Part shown: in pieces, positions 1-9,772 of the stretch
How positions within the stretch are numbered: the first letter of the stretch is position 1
Layout: every line of letters starts with the position of its first letter
From: Candidatus Iainarchaeum sp.
GTDB taxonomy: Archaea > Iainarchaeota > Iainarchaeia > Iainarchaeales > DTGL01
Length of the DNA: 64,000 nucleotides
Assembly (NCBI GenBank): GCA_026413945.1
Contig: JAOAJX010000001.1
Span: forward strand, 64,001 to 128,000
Reading direction: 5' to 3'
Position numbers and translations under genes: made by a program
Notes under the pieces: generated by a model
The model's input: the letters and a program-made list of their open reading frames with translations, nothing else
Told to the model about the DNA's origin: nothing
The model's database searches: none

Positions 1-918
1 GCCTGTTGAGGTGAGACCAAAAAAGCTGCTTGTAGACTGAAAGCCAGCATAATCAATATTAAGGCCTGATGTCAGCATTTGACTTGAAACATTGCTTACG
101 CGGGTTCCATTTATGAAGCTTGGAATGTATAAGTCATAATTCCTATAATTACCATCAAGCTTCACGCCAATTGTGAATGTGTGGTTGGATAACTTTAAAG
201 CAGCGTAGCTGCTCTTTGTACTTTCAGTGTTACCAGCAATATCAACAGAATAATATTCAATCAAATGGTTGCCATCTTTCACAATAGTGATTATGTTTCC
301 TGTTTGCCAAAGACCAGAGTCTATTCTGTAATATGTTTTATTACAGCCAGATTTAATATCAGAGCATGTAAGTGTTACATTAAATGAATTTGACTGCCAG
401 CCAATTGGGGCATTATCAGTGGTTATTGGTGCATTATTGTCTATCATAAAGCCTGAGTTGCTTGAAACAATGCTATTTAGTCCAGTACTATCATGGATAT
501 TGACATCAATGAAATAATTTCCATCTATAACAGATTCTGTAGTCCAAGAGTATCTGCAAAAAGTAAAATCTTGGAAGTTTGTGTCGTTACAATTAAACAA
601 GTTTTTGTTGAAAAGATTTCCATCCTTTATTATTAGATTGCTAAAACCACCTTTTGTTGATGAGTAGTATATGTCAATGAAAAGCTCACCGTCCTCTATG
701 CTAGCTATATCTTCGTCCTTAGCATAAAAATTTATGTCATAAATTCCTCTCAAATATTCTCCGCCATTTGGTGCAACAAGTTGGACTGATGGGGCAGTAG
801 CTCTTGCTGACAGTTTGCTAAGTATCAAAAATAAGCAAAACAAAAGCAGTCTTTTTGAACAACTAGTTATTTTTTTAATTTTCAAAAAATTTTTATCATA
901 TGGTTCAATATTTTGCAT
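1..918 (-). CDS. Secreted Ig-like repeat surface protein (runs off the left edge; not in the ORF track); paralog of 41234-44941
   Basis: Manual translation from ATG 918: MQNIEPYDKNFLKIKKITSCSKRLLLFCLFLILSKLSARATAPSVQLVAPNGGEYLRGIYDINF...CRYSWTTESVIDGNYFIDVNIHD...FMIDNNAPITTDNAPIGWQSNSFNVTLTC...; the frame is open to position 1 and starts with a signal peptide. Confidence 0.85.
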   Translation of the reverse strand, partial: MQNIEPYDKNFLKIKKITSCSKRLLLFCLFLILSKLSARATAPSVQLVAPNGGEYLRGIYDINFYAKDEDIASIEDGELFIDIYYSSTKGGFSNLIIKDGNLFNKNLFNCNDTNFQDFTFCRYSWTTESVIDGNYFIDVNIHDSTGLNSIVSSNSGFMIDNNAPITTDNAPIGWQSNSFNVTLTCSDIKSGCNKTYYRIDSGLWQTGNIITIVKDGNHLIEYYSVDIAGNTESTKSSYAALKLSNHTFTIGVKLDGNYRNYDLYIPSFINGTRVSNVSSQMLTSGLNIDYAGFQSTSSFFGLTSTG

Positions 919-1005
919 ATAATTTTATAAAAGGTTTATTTATTAATAAACATTTTCATATGTAAAAATCAAGTGTTTTTAAACTCTTTCAGGGAATTAG
1001 CTTTT

Positions 1006-2586
1006 ATGGAGTATTTTGAGCATGCACTTCTGAGGCCAAGCACTGTTGAAAAGAGGGCATACCAAGAGCGGCTTGTAAGAAGCTTTTTGGAAAAGGGCAA
1101 TACGCTAATAGTGGCACCAACAGCCATAGGAAAGACAGTGATAGCAGCAATAATTGCTGCGCATGTTATTGAAAAAGGTAAAAATGTTCTTATTTTAGCT
1201 CCTACAAAGCCTTTAGCAGTACAGCACAACAAAACCTTTTGCAATATTTTGAATGTGGAAAAAAATGCTATTGTGCTAATAACTGGTACCACGCCAGCGA
1301 AGAAGCGTGCATTAGCTTATGGTGGCTCCAAAGTTGTTTGTGCTACACCACAGTGCATTGAAAATGATATAAAAAATGGCTCATTGACGCTTGGAAGATT
1401 TGGCCTCTGCATCTTTGATGAAGCACACAGGGCTGTTGGAAATTATGCATATGTTTTTATAGGCAAAGAGTTTTTGAAATTTGGTGGCAATGTTCTTGCG
1501 CTTACAGCTTCTCCGGGCCATGAGAGAGAACATATTGTAGAGGTATGCAGAAACCTGAATATAAGAAACATTGAGATTGTTACTGAGAATGATCCTGATG
1601 TTAAGCCATATCTTCCAGAGCTTAAGCTTGAATGGCTTAGGGTTTCGCTGCCTGAAGATTTTGTGTCTGTGCAAACGCTTTTGAGAAATTATATAAGGGA
1701 ATCTGGTGAAGCTCTTATAAGATCGGGCTTGCGAATGCGCAAGAATGATTTTTTTAATAGAAGCAGGTTATTGGAAGTGCAAAAAAGGGTTAGCTTTCAA
1801 ATAGCAAAGCACGGTCGTAGAAGGCCTGCTCTTTATGGCATTGCATCGAAAATCGCAGCTATAATAAAAGCAAATCATGCTTTGCTTCTTCTTGAGACAC
1901 AAAGTGTAAACGCGCTTATGAGCTATTTTGAAAGGCTTTATGAGAAAAGAAAAGTTGAAAGAGCAACTGTTAGCCTTTTCAACGATGAAAGAATAAAAAA
2001 AGCTATTGAGATAACAAAGGAATTGCACAATAAGAAAGCTAAGCATCCAAAGCTATTGAAGCTATTTGACGTGATTTCTGAGCAACTCGCACGAAACCCT
2101 GAAAGCAGGGTAATTGTCTTTAACCATTATAGGGACTCTGTAAGTGAGCTTACTGAGGCATTAAATTCAATTAAAGAAGTTCGTGCGAGGGCTTTTGTTG
2201 GACAAGCAAAAAAGTTAGGCAATGGAATGAGCCAAAAGGAACAGACAAAAACTATTGAAGATTTTGAGTCCGGAAAATACAATGTTATAGTGGCAACAAG
2301 TGTTGCTGAAGAAGGACTTAATATACCTTCTTGCGATTTAGTTGTTTTCTATGAGCCTGTGCCAAGTGAGATAAGGCAAATACAGCGCAGAGGTAGAACA
2401 GCACGTTTAAGAAGCGGCCGTGTAGTTATTTTAATTACTAGAGATACTAAGGATGAGTCAGCTTATTGGAATGCCAGAAGAAAAGAAAAAGGAATGTTCG
2501 AGCAACTAAGACAGATAAAGAAAGATGGACTTGAGCAGCAGAGCCGCATTACAGATTATGCTTCCTTGGGTGATAATGGTGAGTGA
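1006..2586 (+). CDS. hef: Hef/FANCM-family DEAH-box helicase (helicase half only)
   Basis: PTAIGKT, LAPTKPL, DEAHRAVGNYAY, TASPG, ATSVAEEGL, QRRGRTAR motifs; likely ATG at 1006. Confidence 0.92.
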   Translation: MEYFEHALLRPSTVEKRAYQERLVRSFLEKGNTLIVAPTAIGKTVIAAIIAAHVIEKGKNVLILAPTKPLAVQHNKTFCNILNVEKNAIVLITGTTPAKKRALAYGGSKVVCATPQCIENDIKNGSLTLGRFGLCIFDEAHRAVGNYAYVFIGKEFLKFGGNVLALTASPGHEREHIVEVCRNLNIRNIEIVTENDPDVKPYLPELKLEWLRVSLPEDFVSVQTLLRNYIRESGEALIRSGLRMRKNDFFNRSRLLEVQKRVSFQIAKHGRRRPALYGIASKIAAIIKANHALLLLETQSVNALMSYFERLYEKRKVERATVSLFNDERIKKAIEITKELHNKKAKHPKLLKLFDVISEQLARNPESRVIVFNHYRDSVSELTEALNSIKEVRARAFVGQAKKLGNGMSQKEQTKTIEDFESGKYNVIVATSVAEEGLNIPSCDLVVFYEPVPSEIRQIQRRGRTARLRSGRVVILITRDTKDESAYWNARRKEKGMFEQLRQIKKDGLEQQSRITDYASLGDNGE

Positions 2587-3262
2587 CAAGCAGAGTACTC
2601 TTACAAAATATGTTGTTTGTGAAAAACCGGTTATTTTTTGTGATGATAGGGAAACGAGCTGCAAAGTTGTTCTTTACTTGAAAAAAATGGGTGCAGATAT
2701 CAAAAGCATTCGCTTGGACATTGGTGATTATCTTATATCTGAGAAGATTGTTGTTGAGAGAAAAACATCGGCAGATTTTCTCAGCAGCTTATGCGATGGG
2801 CGTCTTTTTGAGCAAGTTAAAAATATTACATCCTATGAAAAGCCAATTTTAATAATAGAGGGAAGCCCTGAAAGCTTGTTTGCGATTAGGGATATAAACA
2901 AAAAGGCAATACTTGGTGCACTTATAGCTATTAGCATTGACTTTGGCATCTCAATTTTATTTTCTCGGGATGAAGCACAGACTGCGGAGATATTGTATTT
3001 GATTGCAAAAAGAAATCAGCTGGGGCCTAATAAAGAGATTGTGCTTAACAAAAAGAGAAAAATGGGTCTTCTGGAACAGCAACAATTCATAGTGGAATCA
3101 TTGCCATTGATAGGTCCAAAAACAGCAAAGGAGTTATTAAAGAGATTTGGGTCGGTAAGAGGTGTTTTCAGTGCTAACGAGAAAGAGCTTGAAGATGTAA
3201 GCAACATTGGCCCAAAAAAAGCGAAAAGAATAATAGAGGTTCTGGACGCAAAATATAATTAA
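2576..3262 (+). CDS. xpf: ERCC4/XPF nuclease with HhH2 domain (nuclease half of Hef)
   Basis: DDRE, GDYLIS..VVERKT..DF..S..DGRLFEQ, C-terminal LPLIGPKTA/IGPKKA HhH; GGTGAT RBS before ATG 2576. Confidence 0.9.
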   Translation: MVSDKQSTLTKYVVCEKPVIFCDDRETSCKVVLYLKKMGADIKSIRLDIGDYLISEKIVVERKTSADFLSSLCDGRLFEQVKNITSYEKPILIIEGSPESLFAIRDINKKAILGALIAISIDFGISILFSRDEAQTAEILYLIAKRNQLGPNKEIVLNKKRKMGLLEQQQFIVESLPLIGPKTAKELLKRFGSVRGVFSANEKELEDVSNIGPKKAKRIIEVLDAKYN

Positions 3263-3284
3263 AACAAAATATCTAAAGAGACAA

Positions 3285-3355
3285 GCGGCTGTGGTCTAAT
3301 GGCAGGATACCAGCTTCCCAAGCTGGTTGTCCGGGTTCAAATCCCGGCAGCCGCA
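3285..3355 (+). tRNA. tRNA-Gly(CCC)
   Basis: GCGGCTG...CAGCCGCA acceptor stem; anticodon arm CCAGC-TT-CCC-AA-GCTGG; T-loop GTTCAAATC. Confidence 0.95.
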
Positions 3356-3363
3356 CTCCAAAG

Positions 3364-3915
3364 GTGTTCTTCTTGGCTGATTTGCTTGAAGAAAACAGTG
3401 AGTTGCTCGAATACTATAACTCAGCCGGCTTTTTTAAAGGCCTTGCAGATAGAAAAAGTATACATAATAATGGTCTTTGGCATAAAGGAGTTCATGTTTG
3501 GCTGTTTAATAGCAAAGGCCAGCTTTTCCTTAAAAAAAGGTCAAAGTATAAAGAGATGCATCCTTTGCACTGGGAAGACGTTGGCGAACATTTAAAGCCA
3601 AATGAAGATTTCAGAAGCGCAGCACTAAGAGGTCTCAAAGAAGAGCTTGGCGTTGAAGAAGAAAAAATAAAAGAGGTTTATAAGGTTTCAAGCCAAAGAA
3701 TGGAATTTGGCAATGATCGGGAGTTTATTGAATTGTGGTTCTGTATATACGATGGACCGATAATCGAGTCTAAGGAAAGCTTTTCCGGAAGATTTTTCGA
3801 AAAGGAAGAAATAAAGGAAATGATAAGAAAAAGAAGCTTAATAACCCCTTGGTTCAAAGAGCTTTTTTATTGGTGTTTGAAGGAAGATATATGGATAAAG
3901 CAAAAAACTCTCTAA
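3364..3915 (+). CDS. NUDIX hydrolase (IDI1/YfcD-like subfamily)
   Basis: H..GLWH..VHVWLFNSKG.LFL.KRS..K..HP..W and Nudix box GEHLKPNEDFRSAALRGLKEELGV. Confidence 0.8.
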   Translation: MFFLADLLEENSELLEYYNSAGFFKGLADRKSIHNNGLWHKGVHVWLFNSKGQLFLKKRSKYKEMHPLHWEDVGEHLKPNEDFRSAALRGLKEELGVEEEKIKEVYKVSSQRMEFGNDREFIELWFCIYDGPIIESKESFSGRFFEKEEIKEMIRKRSLITPWFKELFYWCLKEDIWIKQKTL

Positions 3916-4280
3916 AAGATGAGATGAAAAGTGTTGCTCTGCAGAGGATAAGAAAACTCTTTGAGCTTGCTGAAGCAAACTTTGATGAGAGGCCCGAACT
4001 TAGCAAACGCTATGTGTGGATTGCAAGAAAGATAGCAATGCGCCATAATGTAAGATTCGATTTCGAAATTAGAAAAAAATTCTGCAAGAAATGTGGTGCA
4101 TTCCTTTCTGTTGGCAAAAATGCAAAAGTTAGAGTGGGGGGCGGCATAGCAAAATTATCATGCATTGAGTGCGGTTTTGTAAGGAAGATATGTTTAAAAA
4201 GAAAACAAAAGGTCAAGGAAGCTAGGAAAAATCCAAGAGACCAAGATTCCAAAAAGAAGAAATGGTGCAAAAGGCGGTAG
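3891..4280 (+). CDS. rnp4: Ribonuclease P protein component 4 (Rpp21)
   Basis: IRKLFELA...RYV.IARKIAMRH...FCKKC...CIECG zinc ribbon. Confidence 0.92.
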   Translation: MDKAKNSLKDEMKSVALQRIRKLFELAEANFDERPELSKRYVWIARKIAMRHNVRFDFEIRKKFCKKCGAFLSVGKNAKVRVGGGIAKLSCIECGFVRKICLKRKQKVKEARKNPRDQDSKKKKWCKRR

Positions 4281-5024
4281 GTTTCTGTAAACAGGTACTT
4301 TCTTGATTCCTTTTTTTTTCAATAGCTCTTTTTCTTTCTCAGAAATCACACCTTTAAATGATCCAAGTAATTGGAGGGCATCTTTTTCGAGATATTCTTT
4401 TGCAACTATTTCATCTTCATCAAGTTGGTTTATATTTACCCATTGCAAAAAAAGCTCTTTCTGTATTTGGCTCTTGAAAGCAATAAAAATGAGTGAGAAA
4501 AATAGAGGTAATGAAATTGCTAGAAGCGCAAATAAACTTATGGCATTTAGCACAAAATAAAGAAAATACAAGTAAGCCACAACAAAGATGCCTAAAGCCA
4601 AAGCTTTAAAAGATTCTTTGTCAAGTTTTATTTTCTTCTTATTTTTCGACAGAAAAACCTTAATTATGCTTTTTAGCGGTATCACAAATGCGCTTGTTAG
4701 GGATGCAATAAGCACTACACTGAGCACAAAAATTTTTCCCTTGTAAAATGGCAGAAGCAGTGAAAGGCCTAAAAGAAACTTGACATCGCCACCACCAAGT
4801 TTGCCGGCATAATAAAGCACATATGTGAAGGCAAAGACTAAAGCAGGGATAAAAATAATTATGAGGCTTTCACCCAAAATTATATCTGCTGTAACAAAGA
4901 AAGCACCTAAAGCTATCATTGGATAAGTGACTTTGTCATAAATTAGGCCTTTCTTTATATCAGTATAAGTAGAGATTAAGGCACAAAGTAATATTATTCC
5001 AAACCGGAAATCTTCAAGAAACAT
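4194..5024 (-). CDS. A24 family prepilin/preflagellin peptidase
   Basis: TDIKKGLIYD and GGGDVK catalytic Asp motifs, multiple TM helices, C-terminal PFAPFLLFG. Confidence 0.88.
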   Translation of the reverse strand: MFLEDFRFGIILLCALISTYTDIKKGLIYDKVTYPMIALGAFFVTADIILGESLIIIFIPALVFAFTYVLYYAGKLGGGDVKFLLGLSLLLPFYKGKIFVLSVVLIASLTSAFVIPLKSIIKVFLSKNKKKIKLDKESFKALALGIFVVAYLYFLYFVLNAISLFALLAISLPLFFSLIFIAFKSQIQKELFLQWVNINQLDEDEIVAKEYLEKDALQLLGSFKGVISEKEKELLKKKGIKKVPVYRNLPPFAPFLLFGILVSWIFPSFLDLLFSF

Positions 5025-5025
5025 G

Positions 5026-6357
5026 CTATCGCCAAAATTTTTTCTTTTTCTTCGCTGAAAACTTTTTAAGTATTTTTTCCATGTTAACATCTTCCAAGGA
5101 ATCGGTCTTTGCAATCTTTTTTATCTTACCAAACATGCGCTCCATTTTTTTGTAATTTCTTAATAGTTCTCTTACGCTGGCTTCAGTGCTCCCCGATCCT
5201 TTTGCTATACGCTTTATCCTGCTGCCATTTATAATATCTGGCCTCTTTCTTTCTTGTTTAGTCATGGAATCCATTATTATTTTAAATTTTTTTAGCTTCT
5301 CGCCAGTTATCTCAATCTGTTCTTTTGGCAGCGTTTGTTTGAGGCCCAGCATTTCAGCAACTTTATCAAGAGGTCCCATGCTCATTGTTGCCTTTAGCTG
5401 CTTGTAAAAAACATCTAAGTTGAATTCATCTTCAAATAGCTCTTCTGGGCTTTCAAGTTCAATTTCCGCTGCTTTCTCTAGTAAGCCTTTGAGATCGGGG
5501 TAGCCCATTATTTTGGCAATGTAGCGCTTTGCATCGAAAAGCTCCAACTCATCTGGTTTTTCTCCAGTTCCAACAAAATAAACTGGTGCCTTTGTTTCTG
5601 CACAAGCAGCAATTGTACTACCCGCCTTGGCAGAGCTGTCTGCCTTTGAAATTATTATGCCATTGATGCCAACAGCATCATGAAATGCTTTTGCCTGTTT
5701 TTTTGCAAGTTGTCCGATATCCGCACTTAAAACAAGCCATATCTGGTCTGGTTTTAGCACGTCTTTTATATCTTTTACTTCATCAATAAGCTCGGAATCT
5801 AACGCAGATCTTCCTGCAGAATCAACAATAACAAGATCTTTTTTCTTCATCGTGCTTATTGCCTGTCCAACAATCTTCTTTGCGTCCTTTTCACCTTTTA
5901 TCCCAAAAAAATCAACCCCAACTGCTTCTGAAAGTTGCTTGAGTTGTTCATAGCTTGCTGGTCTATGAACATCAGCACACACGAGCCCAACGCTTAGCCC
6001 ACGCTTCTTATAGAATCTTGCAAGCTTTGCAGCTGTTGTCGTTTTGCCTTGCCCAAAAAGGCCCAGAAGAAGTATTGTTTTAGGCTGCTCAGGTACAATT
6101 GGAGTGCCACCAAGTAAGGCTGAGAGAAGCTCATAAGTATTCTTTACTATGAACTCTTTTCTGGAGAGGCCTTCGGGTGGCTTTTTTTTGGAAAGAGCAC
6201 GAATCTCATTTGCGAGATTGTAGACGAGGTTAACATCAACATCGCTTGCAATTAGAGCTCTTTGAATGTCCTTTATTGATTCTTCTATTGTCTCATCGCT
6301 AAGGAATCTCGCCGAATTTATTCTTTCAAGTGCTTTCCTAAGGTTTTCGCCTAACAT
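5026..6357 (-). CDS. srp54: Signal recognition particle protein Srp54
   Basis: IQRALIASDV, GLFGQGKTTTAAKLA, DSAGR, M domain MDSMT..E..P..I..SRIKRIAKGSG. Confidence 0.96.
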   Translation of the reverse strand: MLGENLRKALERINSARFLSDETIEESIKDIQRALIASDVDVNLVYNLANEIRALSKKKPPEGLSRKEFIVKNTYELLSALLGGTPIVPEQPKTILLLGLFGQGKTTTAAKLARFYKKRGLSVGLVCADVHRPASYEQLKQLSEAVGVDFFGIKGEKDAKKIVGQAISTMKKKDLVIVDSAGRSALDSELIDEVKDIKDVLKPDQIWLVLSADIGQLAKKQAKAFHDAVGINGIIISKADSSAKAGSTIAACAETKAPVYFVGTGEKPDELELFDAKRYIAKIMGYPDLKGLLEKAAEIELESPEELFEDEFNLDVFYKQLKATMSMGPLDKVAEMLGLKQTLPKEQIEITGEKLKKFKIIMDSMTKQERKRPDIINGSRIKRIAKGSGSTEASVRELLRNYKKMERMFGKIKKIAKTDSLEDVNMEKILKKFSAKKKKKFWR

Positions 6358-6408
6358 ACAAGAATAGGTTGTGCAAAATATTAAAAGAAGGTTTGCTTTT
6401 ATATTATT

Positions 6409-7398
6409 TTATATTATTCTCTCAATTATTTCTTCTGGATCAAACCTTTTCAAGGCATCGTAGCTTTGACCTGTGCCAATAAAAATTATCGGCTTCTTAA
6501 GTTCGTGGAGTATGCTGAGCATCGTGCCGCCTTTTGGATCTGCATCGACTTTTGTCATTATGAAAGCATCTATACCAATTGCGTTATCAAATGACTTTGC
6601 CTGTTCAATAAGTGTCTTTCCGGCGAACGCTTCTCCAACAAAAATTTTAATATTTGGCTCAGTTACCCGGGTAATCTTTTTGAGTTCTTGTATAAGATTC
6701 ATGTTTGTTTCTTGACGACCAGCAGTGTCAATCATAACAATATCTATTGATTTTGCTTTTGCTGAATTTATGGCATCAAATGCAACCGCGGCTGGATCAG
6801 CTCCGTATTTGTGCTTTATAAGTGGCACACCTAGCTTCTTTGCGTGCTCTTCTAATTGCTCAATTGATGCCGCTCGGAATGTGTCTGCAGCAGCAAATAT
6901 TGTTGTAAGACCATTTTCACTGAAAAGCTTTGATAGTTTTGCCATTGTCGTGGTTTTCCCGGCGCCGTTTGGTCCTAAAAAAAGTATTTTGAATGGTTTT
7001 TGTGAGGACTTTGCTTTTTCGATAATGTCTATTTGATCAACATACATCAGTTCTTTCAGTGTATGCCTTATGGTTTCCTTGACAAAAGAATCCACGCTTT
7101 TCTTAGGGACGCTCTTGCTCAACAATCTATGTTTGATTTCCTCACAAAATTTTTTTGCAGTATCTTCGTGTACATCTGCCTCAAGCAAAGCTAGCTCTAA
7201 TTCACAAAGGGACTCTCTTAAGTCTGCTTCTCTAAGTCGAACCTCTTTTTCAAAAAGAGCCCTTACCTTTGTTATTGCTTTAAGCTCTGGAGTAAAATCG
7301 CGTTTGTCAGGAATTTCTTCCTTTTTTTCTTCTGGTGCTTTTTTTGTGACACCAGCAACAAAAGCTGAAAGCTTGTTTTTGAGTAAGTCAAACATCAT
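6409..7398 (-). CDS. ftsY: SRP receptor FtsY
   Basis: GPNGAGKTTTMAKL, DTFRAASIEQL, DTAGRQ, TKVDAD.KGG, GTGQSY. Confidence 0.96.
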   Translation of the reverse strand: MMFDLLKNKLSAFVAGVTKKAPEEKKEEIPDKRDFTPELKAITKVRALFEKEVRLREADLRESLCELELALLEADVHEDTAKKFCEEIKHRLLSKSVPKKSVDSFVKETIRHTLKELMYVDQIDIIEKAKSSQKPFKILFLGPNGAGKTTTMAKLSKLFSENGLTTIFAAADTFRAASIEQLEEHAKKLGVPLIKHKYGADPAAVAFDAINSAKAKSIDIVMIDTAGRQETNMNLIQELKKITRVTEPNIKIFVGEAFAGKTLIEQAKSFDNAIGIDAFIMTKVDADPKGGTMLSILHELKKPIIFIGTGQSYDALKRFDPEEIIERII

Positions 7399-7403
7399 GG
7401 CAC

Positions 7404-7889
7404 CTATGCTACGCCTGGCGTGCTTTCTTGAGCCATTTTTTTCTGCGCTTCCTTAATGATTTTTTCAAGTTGTGAGAGGGAAGTTATTGCTTGCATTTTT
7501 CTCTTTGATACTTCTTTGAGGTTTGTCTTTAGCTGTGATTTTCTGGCCTCCAGACGTTCAATTGCTTTTAAAGAAGGCATCTTTTCGAAATAGTTGTTTC
7601 CTATTTCTAGCTTTACTGATTCTGGTTCGGAAATTTTTGCATAGGCAAATACGCCCGCGCCCAGAGGCACTAAAATGCTTGTGTCTTTTTCAGAAGTTTT
7701 TATTTCTCTGATTGCATTCTGTGCTGCGTCAATTTCTGCAATAATATTATTTATAAAGCTTTCTTGTGATAGTGCTGCCTCAAGCAGTTGCTGGTTCTGT
7801 TGATACATTGCGAGCACTTGCTCAAATGATAACTTTATCTCTTTCTTTTGTGTTTGCTCTTCGCTACTTTTTTCCTTCTTTTTCACCAT
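7404..7889 (-). CDS. pfdA: Prefoldin subunit alpha
   Basis: Coiled coils flanking ILVPLGAGVFAYAKI...V.LEIGNNYFEK; conserved operon position. Confidence 0.9.
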   Translation of the reverse strand: MVKKKEKSSEEQTQKKEIKLSFEQVLAMYQQNQQLLEAALSQESFINNIIAEIDAAQNAIREIKTSEKDTSILVPLGAGVFAYAKISEPESVKLEIGNNYFEKMPSLKAIERLEARKSQLKTNLKEVSKRKMQAITSLSQLEKIIKEAQKKMAQESTPGVA

Positions 7890-7893
7890 AAAA

Positions 7894-8091
7894 TCACTCC
7901 TTTCTATCTTCCACATGCTTTACTTTCTGCACTGATTCTATCTTAACGAAGCGCCTTGGTAAGCCATGTTCTGAGCCGAAAAGGCCAAAAAGTTTTTCTT
8001 TTGCAAAGTTTTCTGTTGGCGCATTCACAACCCTACAAAAAGACCTCCAATTGCCCTTGATCCTTATTTTGCCTTTAAACTCAAATTCCAT
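7894..8091 (-). CDS. rpl18a: 50S ribosomal protein L18Ae/LX (eL20)
   Basis: F...V.A.....AKEK...LFGSEHGLPRR.VKIESV; position between eIF6 and pfdA. Confidence 0.9.
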   Translation of the reverse strand: MEFEFKGKIRIKGNWRSFCRVVNAPTENFAKEKLFGLFGSEHGLPRRFVKIESVQKVKHVEDRKE

Positions 8092-8100
8092 TCAATCACC

Positions 8101-8757
8101 CTACCCAAAAAAATCATGAATCCTTAAAATCTCATAAGTTGTTGTTCTATTTCCTAAAAGCATTGCCTTTGAGTTCATTACTGCACTGTTGCCAACAAAT
8201 TTGTCACCATAATTAAGAGTGCAGCCAATTCCATCGGTGCCAAAAGCCTTTTTTAGAACCTCAAGCTCTTTCTGCTTGACATTCGGGTTAACAATAAAGC
8301 CATTTTCACAAGCAATTGTGCATGATCCAACTATGTCAAGAGAAGCAATTTTTGTCTGGTAAAAATTAATCCCAAAAAAATATTCTATTGAAGACAATTG
8401 CTCTTTCGTTAGAATCATACTTGCAATGCCTCCTTTTTTACTAACCCTGATCAGATTTCCTATGGCGGTAGTTCCTTCGATTCTTTTTATTTCTAGGCCT
8501 AATGACTCTAATTGCTCAATCTCAGAATCGAGCGCAAGCTCTGAGACAACAAACTTTTTATCCATTCCTGAGCAAAGCACACCGAGCAAAGAACTGTCTG
8601 AAAGTTTTGTCTTTATAATTTCAACGTCAAAAATGTTCTTTAACTTTGCTTCCTCTTTGGGCAGTATTCCTGAAGGAACCAAAGCAACGGTATCTGTAAG
8701 TACAATGAAAACGCCTACAAAGGGGCTTGAATTAACTGTTCCTTTATCAATTTTCAT
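8101..8757 (-). CDS. eif6: Translation initiation factor 6 (aIF6)
   Basis: SPFVGVF, SSLLGVL, AIGNLI, TLNYG..FVG, TT.YE pentein repeats. Confidence 0.92.
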   Translation of the reverse strand: MKIDKGTVNSSPFVGVFIVLTDTVALVPSGILPKEEAKLKNIFDVEIIKTKLSDSSLLGVLCSGMDKKFVVSELALDSEIEQLESLGLEIKRIEGTTAIGNLIRVSKKGGIASMILTKEQLSSIEYFFGINFYQTKIASLDIVGSCTIACENGFIVNPNVKQKELEVLKKAFGTDGIGCTLNYGDKFVGNSAVMNSKAMLLGNRTTTYEILRIHDFFG

Positions 8758-8777
8758 AAGAACCTATTAACCTGCAT

Positions 8778-9263
8778 TTATTTATCCTGCCTTCTTTTTA
8801 TTGCTGTTCTTTGCGCTGCCTTTTCTCGTTCTTTTTTATCCTCAAGCATCTTTTTCTCTTCTACTTGCTCAATCTTATCCTCTTTTTTTTGCTCTCTTTC
8901 TGATTTTTCTATTTTGGCCTCTTTTTCTTTAGCTTTTTCCTCTTTTGGCTCCTTCTTTTGCTCTTTTTTCTCTTCCTTCTTTTTCTCCTTTGGCTCTATC
9001 TTCTCACTCTGCAGGTATGCTCTTACCTTATTCTCCTCTGAAATGACTTGAAGCTCAAGCATGCGTGGTATTTTTTGCGGCCCTCTTGCAAAGATTGTTT
9101 CATTTATTTTCTGTGAGATGAAAACACTATCTTCAGAAACCTTGTGTTTCTTTGCTAAGTAACGCCTTAAGCGAAGAATTGCTCGCCTTGCTCTTTTCGT
9201 ACAAGGGTGATCAAATAACTCTTTGAGGGGAAAATTAATCTTTTCTGGTTTTGCTTCAGCCAT
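8778..9263 (-). CDS. rpl31e: 50S ribosomal protein L31e with Lys/Glu-rich C-terminal tail
   Basis: KRARRAI..LR.YL.KH....V.I...INE.IFARG.QK.P. Confidence 0.9.
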   Translation of the reverse strand: MAEAKPEKINFPLKELFDHPCTKRARRAILRLRRYLAKKHKVSEDSVFISQKINETIFARGPQKIPRMLELQVISEENKVRAYLQSEKIEPKEKKKEEKKEQKKEPKEEKAKEKEAKIEKSEREQKKEDKIEQVEEKKMLEDKKEREKAAQRTAIKRRQDK

Positions 9264-9264
9264 A

Positions 9265-9459
9265 TTATGCCTCCTTTTTTAATTTTCTATATTCTTTTCC
9301 AAATTCGCATGTTTTCCAGGACCTTTTCTGTTTTGAGCTAAATATTCTTTTGTTTGCTTTTTGAAATATCCATACGGGTGTGCTACCTATACCGGGGCGT
9401 ATGCTCCTCCTCTTACTTATAATAAAATCTTTGAATTTCTTTTCCTTGTTTGAAGACAT
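9265..9459 (-). CDS. rpl39e: 50S ribosomal protein L39e (divergent)
   Basis: PVWIFQKANKR....KRSWK motif; syntenic between PDCD5 and rpl31e. Confidence 0.7.
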   Translation of the reverse strand: MSSNKEKKFKDFIISKRRSIRPGIGSTPVWIFQKANKRIFSSKQKRSWKTCEFGKEYRKLKKEA

Positions 9460-9463
9460 AAAA

Positions 9464-9772
9464 TCACTTTCTAACAATTCTTGTCTCTCTTTTTTCAGAT
9501 AGTTTTATTAATAGCTTTTTAATGGATTCATCATCAACAGGCACTGAAATCCTGCCTGTTTTGGCAGCAGCAACAATTGATTGCACAACCTTATAATAAA
9601 GTTCTGGGTTCACGAGACGGACATTCTTAAGGCGTTGTCTTGCTTGTGTAGTTAGCAGCTGCCTTAAAACTAAATTTAGTTGCCTTTCTGCTTCTAGTTG
9701 TTGGGCAATTTCCTTTTGAGCCTTATAATATTTTTTTAGATCCTCATTTTGGTTGTTATCTGTGCCATTCAT
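9464..9772 (-). CDS. PDCD5/TFAR19-family DNA-binding protein
   Basis: LRQLLT..ARQRL.NVRLV.PE, DESIKKLL, ETRIVRK. Confidence 0.9.
   Translation of the reverse strand: MNGTDNNQNEDLKKYYKAQKEIAQQLEAERQLNLVLRQLLTTQARQRLKNVRLVNPELYYKVVQSIVAAAKTGRISVPVDDESIKKLLIKLSEKRETRIVRK

Noticed and set aside
3299-3595. 98-aa ORF, and the MARVQIPAAA start of the MFS ORF
   Set aside because: Both translate tRNA-Gly sequence
3364-3915. Type 1 IPP isomerase call
   Set aside because: The catalytic Cys motif (W.N.CC.HP) is replaced by WEDVGEH; kept as a generic NUDIX
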